Notes: generated by a model from the sequence alone, not told the origin. A DNA stretch of 63,486 bases, filler included, from Reticulomyxa filosa (GCA_000512085.1; 23 parts of 23 records of this genome joined end to end with filler, not necessarily neighbours in it); one strand, 5' to 3'; positions 34,708 through 47,659 are shown, numbered from the whole stretch's first letter. A program made the numbers and translations.

Positions 34708-36240
34708 AATCAAACAATTATTTTTTATCACTTCATGTAGCAGTTTCTGTAATTGTTTGCTTATTTTTACCTTTGTATTTACTATGTCTTGAATATGTTT
34801 GAGTTTGTGCAAGTCAGATTCATACAATAATGGATTGAAGTTAGTTTTTCGATTTAATGAAATAGAAATATCTTGAATTGGAACACTTTTTGGTATATTT
34901 CTTTTAATTTCAATTGTGCGTTTGTACGGTACCATGAAATAGTAATCTATTTTCCAATAAACTTGAATAATTGGATAATGGGGAAGATGTTTGTAAATAT
35001 CGTGTAATAATACATCTTCATTACCCATTTTTGATAATAGCTCTGGTTTACATCCGTTAAATTTACATTTAAAATATACTAGCTCATCGCATCCATCTCT
35101 AAAACGATTTCTCACTTGCAATTTATCCTTTAAATGTTGTATTCCATATTCAAAAGTCACTGAATATGGGTTCAATGGCTCTTTGAGTGTTTCTTCATAG
35201 TCCCCTTTCCAAATAACACGGAAAGAGTTGAATTCCTGTGTATTTTTATATAAGTGTACAATTAACAATTGACAAAAAAGTTAGTATTTTTTTTGCTTTC
35301 ATTAACTGATAGACAACTTGATAAATTTTCTCTATCACCCCAATTAATTGTACGGAAGTGCCAAGTATGATTGAGGATGAGACAGGCCCATTTGGTATGT
35401 GTTTGATTAGTATCAAAATGATTATACCATTGAATATGTACATTGAATTCCAATGATAATTTGTTTGGATTTCCGACTTGTAATGATTTGATTTTTAATT
35501 TATTTTGATCAAATAACATTATTGTTCGCGATGTTCATAATCAAATACACTTTGATAATCTTTCCATTTTCCATTCCATAACATACACAATCTTCCTGGA
35601 ATAAGATATCTTGTTTTATATCTATTTAAAATGATTGGTTATATCATTTGTTTTATTTATACAGCAAAACAAACACATATATATATATATATAACCAATA
35701 CATGATTTGTTCGTTGATAAGTTCTCGATAGCTTTCCCATAGATATAATACTTGAATGCAATCATACTGATAATACCAATTATCATCATTTCCTTTTTTT
35801 GAATCCAAGTTGTTGCAAATATACTTTCATCTCTTCAATCATTTGCTCGAGGTCTAGATGGCATTTTAAAAGTAATTTGTTATATAAAGCTTGTTTGTTA
35901 ATTTGCTGATATTTGATATATTTAGGATATTTCAAAATATTCCATAAAATATGCAAACGCATTCTTCTCAATACTTTTAATTCTTTCAATCTATCATTTA
36001 CAAATTTTATTTTACACTTATGTTTCATATTTGTTGTATGCTTCATTCGTATTAACTCATTCAAATTGGAAGTTGCACAAATTTCTTGTAATTGTATTCG
36101 TGTATCAATAAAAATTTGATTGTGATTTTTCCATGTTTTCAAAATAGTCGTTTTATCAATTTTATTACCAAAACTTTCTAATAAAATCATTAAATTTTGT
36201 TGCTGTTCGGAGGTTATGCTATATTAATGTTGCTGACATT
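34708..36240 (-). CDS. PUB-like-domain protein of an expanded family, N-terminal part (frameshifted, possibly a pseudogene)
   Basis: LHILWNILKYPKYIKYQQINKQAL..MKVYLQQLGFKK is PUB-like. Continues through ORFs 35519-35262 and 35268-34708. Frameshifts near 35795 and 35525. Confidence 0.6.
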
Positions 36241-36983
36241 AGTTTTAAAAAAAGGATATTTGAACAATTTGTCGTAAGTAAACTTAAGATTATGCGATTT
36301 TTTTTTAATTGAGTGAACTTTGTTGACTAAAAAAGACAAAAAATTTTTCAATCAAATAAGAGATTTTTTGCAGATAGACACAAAACAATGAAATTGTTTC
36401 AAATAAAAATTGATTATAAAAGTCCTTTTCATTTATTTCATGTTTTACAGTAGAAAAAACTTGTTAAATAAAATTATCATTTTTTGGCAGTTATTAATAT
36501 TTCAGAAAAAACGCAAATTAAAAAAAGCGAGAAAAAAAATTTCGCATTGCCAATGTTGTACTTTGGCTACTTTAGCAATGGTATATTTCAAAACACAAAG
36601 AAGTATCTTTTTTCATATTTCTAAATTCTGATTAATTACAATATATTCCTTAATTTTGTTCGTGTTGCAAAAAAAGCTCTGAGGGACTTTCCCTCTCCCA
36701 TTTAAAATTGAAAAAAGCTTTTTTGTGTTCACATAATTCGAGCAAATAATTGCCCATTAAGGAATAATGGCGACATGTGTTATGAAAGCGAGCTCACGAA
36801 CAAATTCAGCCGTCAATGAAAATCTAATAAGGCCAGTGAATAAAAAGAATGCTAAGAAAAAACGAAAAAAACAAAAATATCCTNNNNNNNNNNNNNNNNN
36901 NNNNNNNNNNNNNNNNNNNNNNNNNNNTTAATTAATTAANNNNNNNNNNNNNNNNNNNNNNNNNNNNNNNNNNNNNNNNNNNN

Positions 36984-37018
<35 letters not shown>

Positions 37019-37072
37019 AATTGTCTATTACAATCCAAAAAAATAAAAAATGGGACATGAACAGAAAATTCT

Positions 37073-38276
37073 GTGACAATGGAAGCAACAATGAGTTTGG
37101 GGAATATGCAAGCACAACAAGTAGGAATCCGAACGAGTGGAACGCCATCGCAGATGACATTGCCATCATCGATCCAAGCAAGACCGTTGTCCTCTCCGTC
37201 GTTGACAGCGTCGTCATCGTTGGCATTATCGTCGCAAGCGACGCCAGTGGTATCGATGATGCCGCGGAGCAGTACCATCACGCCCACCACGGCGACGACG
37301 ACAGCGAGCATGGGCGACCTGGGCACATCAGCAGCCACACAAATGTCGGGCGTGACACATACACATATGGATTGGAAGAGCTTGAAGCATTTGACTTGGC
37401 CTGGCATCCATGACACGAGCAGTTTCCCGGCGCTCCTTCCCTCGTTTTCGTCGGCTTCTGTTGCGGTCGTCCATGGAAGCACGCCCAACACATATCCGCA
37501 ATACCCACCTTATGGCGCTTACTCAATGCCCACCGCTTCAACTATTGGTATCGTCCCAAGCACAAGTACAGGCATGAGCACAAATGTAAATACAACTGGC
37601 ATTAATACAGGTATAGTCATGACAGGGAGACCAACGACCTCAAATCCAAGTCATGTGTACACTGGTAATTCCAGCGTTCCGCAATCGTTTTACACTTGTC
37701 CCGACCTGTCTCATCCCAACCACTATTACTACTCTTCCACTGCGCATGTCAGTTATCCGAGTCATCCCTTTCCGGTTTATTCTACCACTACGACTACGTA
37801 TACTCCTCCCATCAATGTCAACCTCGCTTCTTTTACTGGAAGCACTTGTTCCTCCACAAGTTTTTATCTATCTCTGAATATATGTGTATCAGTTTTATTT
37901 GTGTGTACATTTCATTTGCACGCTTTCAACAAACAACAACCAAATAAAACTCAAACACACAAACACAAGTTGAGATATGCTATAATAGTAAAATGTGCTT
38001 GCTTTATATGTGCTAAATATGGTATAATGTGTATGTATATAAAAAAAAAAAAAAGTGCACCCATTGACATTATCTCAACTGCCTGGAAATATCGAAATAC
38101 GCAACCAAGAGATGACAATGGACAACAGCAAAAAGAGCGGGTCAATTATAGGGAGCCACAACAGTGGCTTGACAATGTCATTGGGGATGTCGGGCTTGGG
38201 TGGACTCCCATCGTCTGTCAGTAATACATCCTATGCTTCCTATGGAAATGCACAACAACAACAACAACAACAACAN
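37073..38276 (+). CDS. Low-complexity Ser/Thr/Pro/Gln-rich protein fragment
   Basis: GC-rich coding block ~37073-37859, AT-rich intron ~37860-38055, then exon HPLTLSQLPGNIE...QQQQQQQ up to the contig break. Confidence 0.55.
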
Positions 38277-38375
38277 NNNNNNNNNNNNNNNNNNNNNNNN
38301 NNNNNNNNNNNNNNNNNNNTTAATTAATTAANNNNNNNNNNNNNNNNNNNNNNNNNNNNNNNNNNNNNNNNNNNN

Positions 38376-39526
38376 GACAAAAATCATACAACTGTGATGT
38401 GTTATTCAAATTCAAATACTTAAGCTTAAACAAACAAAAGATAATTATCCTTCCAAATGGATGTTCAATAATTTACAATACAATTGAAAGTAGGTTTCCT
38501 GTTTGAATGATATGTATATTTGCTTTTACATCTTCATATGGAACTTTCAATTGTTTCGAGAGTAAGTTTATCAATTCTGCATTTTTAATATATCCTTTTA
38601 ACTGTTCTTTATTTTTATCAATATTTAAACCATTCCATTGAAAATATGCAACTAAATATGGTTATACAAATCACTTTCATCTTTCACCACATTGCAACTC
38701 AAATCTTCAATCAAATCTGGACATTTATGTTTAAATTCGTCAGTGATAAAATAATACCAATAAGTTGTCAATTGCACTTACAATTCTTTCATTCCTTTTT
38801 CATATACTCGTTCAAATGTTGTATCTCTTGGCAATCTAATAAAATTTCTTTTTCCTTTCAATCGGATACATATTTCAAATAAAAATATTCGAGTGATTAG
38901 AAATGGTAATGAATACCATCCTTCATCAAATATACTATAATCATTACATTTCTACTTGATATCCAATACAACAAATTACTTTTGATTACTGTCTCTTTCA
39001 AATCATTCTGACTTAAGAAAGTCGCACCTTCTCTCTTCATCAATGAATTTGATGATACCATTTTCATCAACCAATTTATCTTTCATATAATCCATTGCAT
39101 ATTTAATTCTCTTCGTTAGATATATGGCTCGTTGTTTTAATCATATCCTTCATTATTTTTGTCATTTTTGCGTTTCATAATCAATTCCATGATATTTTCA
39201 AAAGGAGTTCTCAAAATAGAAGCATTGACAACACACTCTCTGACATCAATCCATGCTCCTTTTTCAATACAATACTGTGCAACATCCCAATGTTTGTTGT
39301 TGATTGCCAAATGCAATGAAGTTTGTCGATATTCATTGCATGAATCATTTATGTCAATGTGAGGATTATTCTGCAATATAAGTTTCAATTCTTGATCGTG
39401 TTGCTTTATCAAGAACAGTGTAATGGCCATTGTCGACTTGTGTGTTCATTTAATTTCATTGCAATTGTTTCAAGTGAGCGTGCTAACTCATTTTCATTTT
39501 CATCACTTAACCTATCCATTAAAGAA
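38376..39526 (-). pseudogene. Ankyrin-repeat-containing gene fragment, disrupted
   Basis: DINDSCNEYRQTSLHLAINNKHWDVAQYCIEKGAWIDVRE is a clear ankyrin repeat. Flanking coding-like DNA has stops and frameshifts. Confidence 0.6.
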
Positions 39527-39648
39527 NNNNNNNNNNNNNNNNNNNNNNNNNNNNNNNNNNNNNNNNNNNNTTAATTAATTAANNNNNNNNNNNNNNNNNN
39601 NNNNNNNNNNNNNNNNNNNNNNNNNNTTTTTTTTTTTTTTTTTTGAAC

Positions 39649-40014
39649 TTGGTGAGCATCGGCTAATGTATAGATACCATATTGGTTGGCATTGCTTATC
39701 AGCTGCGCAACGGCGGTGATGTAGTCGTAGTCGTATTCGCCTCGTGCAGACGGCTCCACGCCTGGCCACATCGTGCCCAGACGGATCACGTTCTGACCCA
39801 GACTTTGCAGCAACTCCATGTCTTGCGTGCTGAACGACAGGTTCGCGTTAAAGCTGCCGGTGACTGGAATGTACGGAGGCGACTTGTACACCACATTCAC
39901 ACCATGGAAATAACATTGTCGGCCATACTCGTCCACTATCTGATTATCTTGCACTGAAAATTTTGTTCCACTTACCCCAAGGGCCCATACCAATAATAAT
40001 AATGATGAAAACAT
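39649..40014 (-). CDS. Glycoside hydrolase family 5, endoglycoceramidase-like, secreted; first exon
   Basis: Signal peptide MFSSLLLLVWALGVSG, followed by IVDEYGRQCYFHGVNVVYKSPPY, LGQNVIRLGTMWPGVEP and YGIYTLADAHQ, then a GT donor. Confidence 0.88.
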
Positions 40015-41043
40015 TTCTATAGGAAATCTCCTTAATTAAAAGGGGGGAAGAAAAATGTGAACTTTAACTGTGCAACTTGACATATCTTTTGAACGTTTTG
40101 CAATATGATTTTTTTTTGTTCGGTGAATCAAAAGAAAGAATCAATAAGAAATAGACTATCTAACAAGTGGCTCCAAGAAGTTATAAAGTACTTAAAATGA
40201 TGTTAGAAATGTCTTTGGAATAGAAAACAGGCAAGTAAAAATTTTAAAATTTTTTTAAGAACTAGGCAAATAAAAAGATTAAAGTAATCGAATATTGGCG
40301 ATATCTGATTGGCGCAACAATGCATAAGGATAGACTCCAATTGATGTTTTAAGATCTTTCACTAGCAGTTCAGATTGATCAGCTCTTATGCTTAGAAATG
40401 TTGCTGTTACAACAGTGCTATATATTCAAGAGGTCAAAAAAATGCTGTTACCAATAAAAATACAATTTAGCTTCCAAAATATAAAACAAATACTTGATCA
40501 CACACCCTTCGACCAGCTGAATTTTGGCTTGTCGATTTTTGAGACAATCCCAAAAAGCTATTATCCGAGCTCTATTTATTGCATTATGTTCTTGTTGTAG
40601 TTGAATTGCTTCTGTGCTTTTCGGTGCTGATGTAGTCATTTGAGATATCCTACAAAGGGGCCACACGGAACCGCAATCAGTACACGTTTATCTTTTTATT
40701 AAAAAGTTAGAACGCAAAGGTTGTGAAATGAAGATATATTACCTCAAATTTTACACATACACTTAACGACAAGCATTAAATCATTTCCATGCAAAAAACT
40801 TTTTATAAACTTAATTTATGTGCCTAAATAAAATTGAAGAGGCTTACCATTAAAAAAATGTAAACTTAACACAATAAAAAGTACTGTTGAGTTACAAGAA
40901 TCATAGATATGTTTATTCTAGTCGTTTTATTGTTTTTTGAGATATTTATTGCAATACGGAGTTTCGGTGAGGGGGGAACACAAACAAAAAAATTTAGTAA
41001 TTTTGTAATTTCAGAGACTTTGCGACGTCAAAATAGGCAATAC

Positions 41044-41898
41044 ATGGCATATGCTCTTGATACATTATTTTCTGAAAAGATTCCGGATAAAACTCATATA
41101 TCTTTGCTCCCCTTCCAAGAGAAGCTCAACAATTGTCTGGAATTTTCGGTGTCAAATGTTTCGAGTCTGTCACGTCACCATATAGCACTAATATGCGGAA
41201 TAGGTCTAACAGCGGCCAGTTTTTTTATATCTGGTGGGACCATTCCTTTATTGTGCAGTGGTGTCGTTGGTGGTGTTGGTCTGAACCTGTCATATTATTC
41301 CTACGCGGCCATTTCTGAAGAGAGCAGTGATACAGCTACGGAAAAGCTGTTTGGTTATTTGGCGATTGGAGCAGCAAATGGTGTTGTCAGTACATTGGGA
41401 AATATGCTTTTGTTTTCGGAAGGAGAAAATTTATCCAAATGTAATAACTGCTTGGATGTATCCAATTTGATGGTAACATCAGCAATGACCGGGTTTGTCA
41501 CGGGAGGTGTTAATGGTATAATGAATCGATGGTACGAAAAACAACAAAACAGTGGCAAAAATATTTCCATATTAACAAGTGCTTCGAAAGAATCGAGTAC
41601 TAATATAGCCACAACACTGTGCAAGATTGCTATGACAGAGTCTATTCGAAAAGCAAAAAGAGACCCTTTTCCAAAGCGTCGTGCCAGTACTAATGGCAAT
41701 GACAATAGCCATCTTCAGTCCTTAACATTTTCTTCTTCTCCGCCACAAGTTTTTGCTAAACTTACTAAAAAAACTTTTTTTCAAAATTTACCAACGAATA
41801 GCAAGTCATCCACTTGTCTTCAATTTACAACCCAAAACAAACCAATGTTATCAACACTTAGTGGAAATAAAATAACTTTTTCAAAAATAATATCTTAG
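41044..41898 (+). CDS. Hypothetical protein with glycine-rich hydrophobic helices
   Basis: Open frame of about 285 codons from MAYALDT (the ORF extends up to 40909 through intron-like DNA). Several GxxxG-type hydrophobic segments. Confidence 0.5.
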   Translation: MAYALDTLFSEKIPDKTHISLLPFQEKLNNCLEFSVSNVSSLSRHHIALICGIGLTAASFFISGGTIPLLCSGVVGGVGLNLSYYSYAAISEESSDTATEKLFGYLAIGAANGVVSTLGNMLLFSEGENLSKCNNCLDVSNLMVTSAMTGFVTGGVNGIMNRWYEKQQNSGKNISILTSASKESSTNIATTLCKIAMTESIRKAKRDPFPKRRASTNGNDNSHLQSLTFSSSPPQVFAKLTKKTFFQNLPTNSKSSTCLQFTTQNKPMLSTLSGNKITFSKIIS

Positions 41899-42936
41899 AG
41901 TTTGTTTTTTTTTTATAGGAAAAAATAAATAAAAAAAATAACGAAGTTAATAAAGTCTTTTTTTTAACAATTCGTTTTGGGGGGGGCAGTATATGAAAAA
42001 AAAAGGTGCATTTGCTATTTTTTTAAAAATACACAGTGACGCAGATTACGCAGTCGTTTTCAATAAAAAAATTCAAGTTTATGAGTTTAAGTTAGTGAAA
42101 CATGAACAAGTTCTTCAGTAAAGTGTTTTCAATGTACACTCCAATATTTTTATTTTTTCCAGACGCAAACTTACGATTATGTAGGACGAGGCACTTGCGC
42201 AGTAACAGCCAACAGCAAAGGACTTTGCAATATCTTTCTCTCAACAATTGCTTTGAACAAATAAACTTATTAAAACGTCAATAGTAGCTCACAAAATTCA
42301 TTACTGAGCGATTGTGTTGTTTTCTCGTAGAATATTTTCTTTTTTATTGGGCAACACTATGCCCCTTTCATTTAAATTTTCAATGAGATTATGGCCATGA
42401 AAAAACCGTGTTTTGAGTGAAGCAGAAATAATTTCTAAAATACAATTTGAAAATATATGTATTGACAAAATGGACATCACTAAAATGCTTACATTTAAAC
42501 TGTTTCTTTACAAGTGGTATCTTTTGCATATAAAAAAAGAAAACATGAACAGATAGAATTGCCCTGGAGGGATTTTTCAACAAGAAAACGAGAAATTATT
42601 AAAACAAAATCACAAGAAAAATATAAAAAAACATCACTTTTGCAATTGCATACAAAAAAAGGAATTTTTTTAACCGTATATTATTCTCTCTTGACGTGAA
42701 CACGCACAACAACACTAAAGTAAACGGGGGTTGGATTAACAAAAAAAAAAGACGAGGTTATTTATCCACTTTTGCAAAGGGAGGAAAGAAAAAAAAAAGA
42801 ATAAACAAACACAACAAAATAAAAAAAAGAAAGTTGNNNNNNNNNNNNNNNNNNNNNNNNNNNNNNNNNNNNNNNNNNNNTTAATTAATTAANNNNNNNN
42901 NNNNNNNNNNNNNNNNNNNNNNNNNNNNNNNNNNNN

Positions 42937-43067
42937 ATTTAAAAACTACAAGATTTGTAGATATTTAAAAAAAAAAAAATAGGTCTAAATGTTGACTTTT
43001 CATGTAGAAAATCAATTATCATCATAAGATATCGTTTTATGCGTTCAGTTTTCTTTTCAACATAATG
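42937..43067 (-). mobile_element. Tc1-family element end (TIR subtype I)
   Basis: ATTTAAAAACTACAAGATTTGTAGATATTT...GAAAATCAATTATCATCATAAGATATCGTTTTATGCGTTCAGTTTTCTTTTCAACATAATG-TA closely matches 19170-19300. Confidence 0.85.
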
Positions 43068-43399
43068 TACTATACATAAATACTTATTTCTTTTCATAAT
43101 CATTATATAACTTTATTATATATTTGCACTATATTAATACATTTATGTCTATTATAGTCTTAGTCAATATATATTAAAACTTATCAAATATATTAACAAC
43201 TTTTGATATTGTTCTAAAATTGTAATTCGTAAATCTATTTAAATTAATATTTGTGTTTAAGTTTAAATCTAATTTGCATTCAGTTACAAATTGGAATAAT
43301 ATTGTTTGTGATTAATTTTTTACAAACACTTATTAACTCTTCGTCAAGATTATGTGAAAACTTTTTCTTATGAAATAAAAATGAAAAACACAAGTTTTG

Positions 43400-45556
43400 T
43401 CAATCATAAATATAATAGTCAGAATCACAAACACCAGCCGCACAGAAATGTAACATCACGTTCGCGAAGATTCCTCCTCTTGTCCATGCTGGAGCTTTTT
43501 TGTAATCGTTCCAACAAACATAAAGCAAAATCCTTCGCGTCTCAAATTCACAAACAAAGAAGCCATACAACATCAAAAGCAAGAAAAAAGTAGCTCGAAT
43601 TTCAGGGCTAGCATCAGCAGGCATCAAAAAGACGAGCAAAAAGGCGAACATTTGGAATGTAGCCATAAGAACGGGGATAACACAAGCTATCAAAAAGACG
43701 ATAAGAGTTATGCCCAAAGTAATTAAAAAATCAGGACTCCAGCTGAGCATAATGTGAAAATATGTGACGTGGAGAATGAGACCCCACATGATTTGATTTC
43801 TCATTTTTCGAAAAAAGTACGCTGGACAATTGCGCTTTAAGATAAGGAAATAGACAAGATGTACCCAGAAAATAAAGAAGGCCAGAACAGCGACAAAAAG
43901 GTATTTCAGCCAATCCCATTGAGAAGTGTAGTACATGCCCCTAGAGACAACAACAGGCCGCAATCGATGGCAATACAAAAAGATCATGCAAATCATTTTG
44001 GCCGAGTTTAATAACAATACATGAGTCATGACCGCAAAATAGAACCACATATCGGATGGAGTTTCTTGAGTGTATACATTGAGTGCTGACAAGCGCAATT
44101 GGGTATTATGTACATTAATCGGAGGGATACCCAACCAGATAATATCTTCGATAAACAATGCATTGACCCAAGACGTTTTTATGGTAGCAGTTGCATTTGA
44201 GGCGATCGATCGACGCAGAGTTGTGTTATACTGGGCAAGTTTCTTGTAGTAAATGATCCACCAATGCACAAAGTTGGTCATGATAATTTCAAAGCAGCAC
44301 AAAAATATTCCTACGTATACAAAGATGTCATACCACGTTAACCATATTTTCGAGCGAGTATGCGTAGTTGTTGGATAGAATTGGTCTGGAACAACGATAA
44401 GATAAAAGCAGCAATACCAAATGTAAAAAATAATGACCAGATGAAAGGCCCGTAGCCACAAATGGACACGTGACCAACATAAAGACCCAGACAGCCAAAA
44501 TTCGATATTCGCCCAAAGGCAAGCGCAATCCGAGAATATTTTACAGCAGTCTAAACACATGCAACAAGGCTTTAAGCATTTTTCCCAAACACTGTGTTTG
44601 AGACTCCATTCAAATCGATGTGTCCCTACACGTGATCGAAGTTCCGTCCAACAAGTCATGGAATAGACCTGCAATATAAAATCGCGTTGTTTGTTGGCAT
44701 CAGCATATAGATCCACACCATCCATTTCATAAGTAACCACACATCCACAAATTTGTCTCAGTAATTCATTAAAATCAGACAACTCAGGAAAAATGCATTC
44801 AAATGCATCCGAGAGCTCCACTTGCCGAGCTTGAAATAGCTGTCTGCTGACGTGTACCATTGATCCGGGTGCAACTGCTTGTGCCTCGTTCTCTTGTCCG
44901 TACAGTGGCACATTATTCAACTCCAAGATTTGGTGCAAAAAAGTGAACAAATGTGTCGTCGACTCAAACTCTTTTGTCCATTGACAACTCAACATTTGAG
45001 ACACACAACATCTTGGACACAAATAAAAACCATTCCAATGTGGATAACTTTGTTTGGAGGGACAACACCACAAATATTCATTTTCATTCATCTCATTTTT
45101 GGTGTTGCCATGGACGAATAATTCTGCAAACTTGCTCCACACTTGCGACCTGCTTTGTACATGCGCTTCTTGTCCTGCTTTTGTATTCATCTGCTGACTC
45201 TTTCTGCGCTCATCATCCTTTCCATTCACATTACCATATGCGGCTCTATTCGTATGCTGACCACACTCTGCGCATGGTGGCAATATATTGCTTTCTGCCA
45301 CAATCTTCCAATAGTATTTCATATGCTCGTATTTTATTGGTTCCAATTGTCGTCCGCATACGCATATCGGTCTTTTGCCGAGGCGCAGTAACTCCTCAAA
45401 TATTTCCTTCTCCAAATGACTCCAATTGTCATCCTTCCTTATTTTGCCATTTGTCACGTCGTGTTTTGTCTCGCTGTGCCTTGTCTCCGTTTCAACACTG
45501 TCCACATCCTCTGTTTGGCCTATTACCAAGGATAAATCTTCTAAGTTAGGTTGCAT
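43400..45556 (-). CDS. Intronless multi-pass membrane protein with a Cys-rich N-terminal region
   Basis: 718-codon ORF. CVCG, CAECG, WCCP..H..FYLCPRC in the N-terminal half, and about 8 hydrophobic segments in the C-terminal half. Confidence 0.7.
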   Translation of the reverse strand: MQPNLEDLSLVIGQTEDVDSVETETRHSETKHDVTNGKIRKDDNWSHLEKEIFEELLRLGKRPICVCGRQLEPIKYEHMKYYWKIVAESNILPPCAECGQHTNRAAYGNVNGKDDERRKSQQMNTKAGQEAHVQSRSQVWSKFAELFVHGNTKNEMNENEYLWCCPSKQSYPHWNGFYLCPRCCVSQMLSCQWTKEFESTTHLFTFLHQILELNNVPLYGQENEAQAVAPGSMVHVSRQLFQARQVELSDAFECIFPELSDFNELLRQICGCVVTYEMDGVDLYADANKQRDFILQVYSMTCWTELRSRVGTHRFEWSLKHSVWEKCLKPCCMCLDCCKIFSDCACLWANIEFWLSGSLCWSRVHLWLRAFHLVIIFYIWYCCFYLIVVPDQFYPTTTHTRSKIWLTWYDIFVYVGIFLCCFEIIMTNFVHWWIIYYKKLAQYNTTLRRSIASNATATIKTSWVNALFIEDIIWLGIPPINVHNTQLRLSALNVYTQETPSDMWFYFAVMTHVLLLNSAKMICMIFLYCHRLRPVVVSRGMYYTSQWDWLKYLFVAVLAFFIFWVHLVYFLILKRNCPAYFFRKMRNQIMWGLILHVTYFHIMLSWSPDFLITLGITLIVFLIACVIPVLMATFQMFAFLLVFLMPADASPEIRATFFLLLMLYGFFVCEFETRRILLYVCWNDYKKAPAWTRGGIFANVMLHFCAAGVCDSDYYIYD

Positions 45557-46198
45557 CCTCGAATGTCTAAACTACAATTACGACAGAACCACGTTCTTTT
45601 TTTACTGTTGATTTTACTCTCCAAAAAAAAAAAAAGAACAATTTTTCACGTTAAAAAAAAACTTGTTGAATTTTTTTAAAAGGAAACAGGGAGTCGCTTA
45701 TATGTTGTTAAGACGTTTACAAGTTCAAGTTTACAAATCTCTGTAATAAAAATCAAAAATATGATTGTAATAGGTTTTAATTGAATCGGGAGAAAAAAAA
45801 ACATATAGACACAATAAAATAAACAAGACGTTTAGAGAGGTAATATTGGGAAAAGTATAAAAAAATAATAAAAAAAAAAAAAGCAATAAAATTGTAATTT
45901 GGAAGGCGAGAGTACTCTCCTTCGACAACTCATACATATATTTTTGAAGGAAAAAAATAACAAAGAACACATAAGCTAAACAAGAAAAGCAAACACCACT
46001 ATTAAAAACCAAAGAAATAAGCATATAATACCTTTGTCACATATACACACGCATTCTAAAGTGTTTGTCCATTTTTGCCTATCAAGCTTACTAAATTGGA
46101 GGAGTTATAGTTAATTTTTTTTCTTTCTTTTTTTTGGTACTATTTTACACAACAAAAAAAAAAAAAAAAAGTTTGTCGCATGAGCCGGAGACTTTTTT

Positions 46199-47215
46199 TT
46201 AGAAGAGTGAAAATCTCCTGTGACGCTTATTAAAATCAGCAGTGTTGGTATTTGTGTCATCATTTTGGTCTGGAACGAGTTGATTGTGATTTGTTGGGAA
46301 AGGGTAATCGGAAGACCTTCTGTCGGGATGGTGTGACCAAATCTGAAGAGAAGACGGTGAGGTCGTGGGTGGTTCCAATTTGTCTGTTGACAGACTGGGT
46401 TCTTCTTTTTTTGTTCGAGAAGACTTTTCAATGAAATAGTTTTGATAATACTTGGATTCACTGAATCGAGTCAACAAGTTACCATTTATTAGTGATGACA
46501 CTTCACGAGACGCCGAAGCCAAATACAATTCAAACAACGTGACGTCTTTCTCTTTATTCATAAAAACACACATATGACATAGAGAATATAGTGTACAGTA
46601 TGAAGTTCAATTTGGATCCGAATGTGTCCACCTCTTGTAAAAATAAACAACAAAAAAAAAAAGTGCTTTGAACTGTCAGTAAAGTATCGAATCGAATTTG
46701 GTGAGTTTTTGTAATTGTTATCACTGTGTCTGCGTTGATAATGTGAAGCTTCAGTATTCGCAGGATTGATGACAATGTGTTGCGAGTTTGAATTGTTGCG
46801 AGAAGCAAAAGGATCAACTGACATGGGCTCAGGAAAGGCAGACAAGATTTCGCTGATAATCAAGTTTGTTTTTGGTTTCGTCGCTGTCTTTTCTTTTAAC
46901 TCTGGTGCCTCATTGGCCGACGATGCAATTGCCCCTCGTTCATTAGCGTCGACGTCCATTCGTTGACCATATTCATTTTGTAGTGAGCTGTGTTTATGTG
47001 GAAATAAAAACTGTTGAATCGCTTGGTAATTGCCATGGCTAATGTTCACTTGTTGACGAGCATTCAGCGATATGAAGCGATACCAAAGCATTTGAATATG
47101 GGCATTGATTTCTTCCCATGTTTTTTTATTTTCAATTCTCGACATTCTACACACAATTGTAATACCGTGTTGTTTTAAAAGTAGAATCAAAAAGCATGCA
47201 CTATTGCAATGTTTT
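46199..47215 (-). CDS. RGS-domain protein, C-terminal exons (5'-partial)
   Basis: IQMLWYRFISLNARQQVNISHGNYQAI matches RGS helices 5-6 and YLASASREVSSLINGNLLTRFSESKYYQNY matches helices 7-9. The two parts are separated by a long insertion and an intron at ~46680-46555. Confidence 0.7.
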
Positions 47216-47329
47216 TTTTTTTTTTTTTTNNNNNNNNNNNNNNNNNNNNNNNNNNNNNNNNNNNNNNNNNNNNTTAATTAATTAANNNNNNNNNNNNNNN
47301 NNNNNNNNNNNNNNNNNNNNNNNNNNNNN

Positions 47330-47367
<38 letters not shown>

Positions 47368-47659
47368 AAATGAAGGAAGAAGAAGAAGAAGAAGTTTGTT
47401 CGGATGCAAAAAACGCAACAAAAGAAGAGGAGAAGATATTAACACATCAAAACGAAAGCAATGACGAAAAGGAAAAAAAGCCATTTCTTGAAGAATGCAT
47501 AAAAAAAGAGGAATTAGTCAGTACATCATGTCAAGTTGATTAATTACAAAACGTACATGCATATATATATGTATATATATATATACATATATATATAAAA
47601 ACATTGGTCAATATTTAATACCTTATATGTGTATGTATGTAATGTGGATAAAATTAGAA

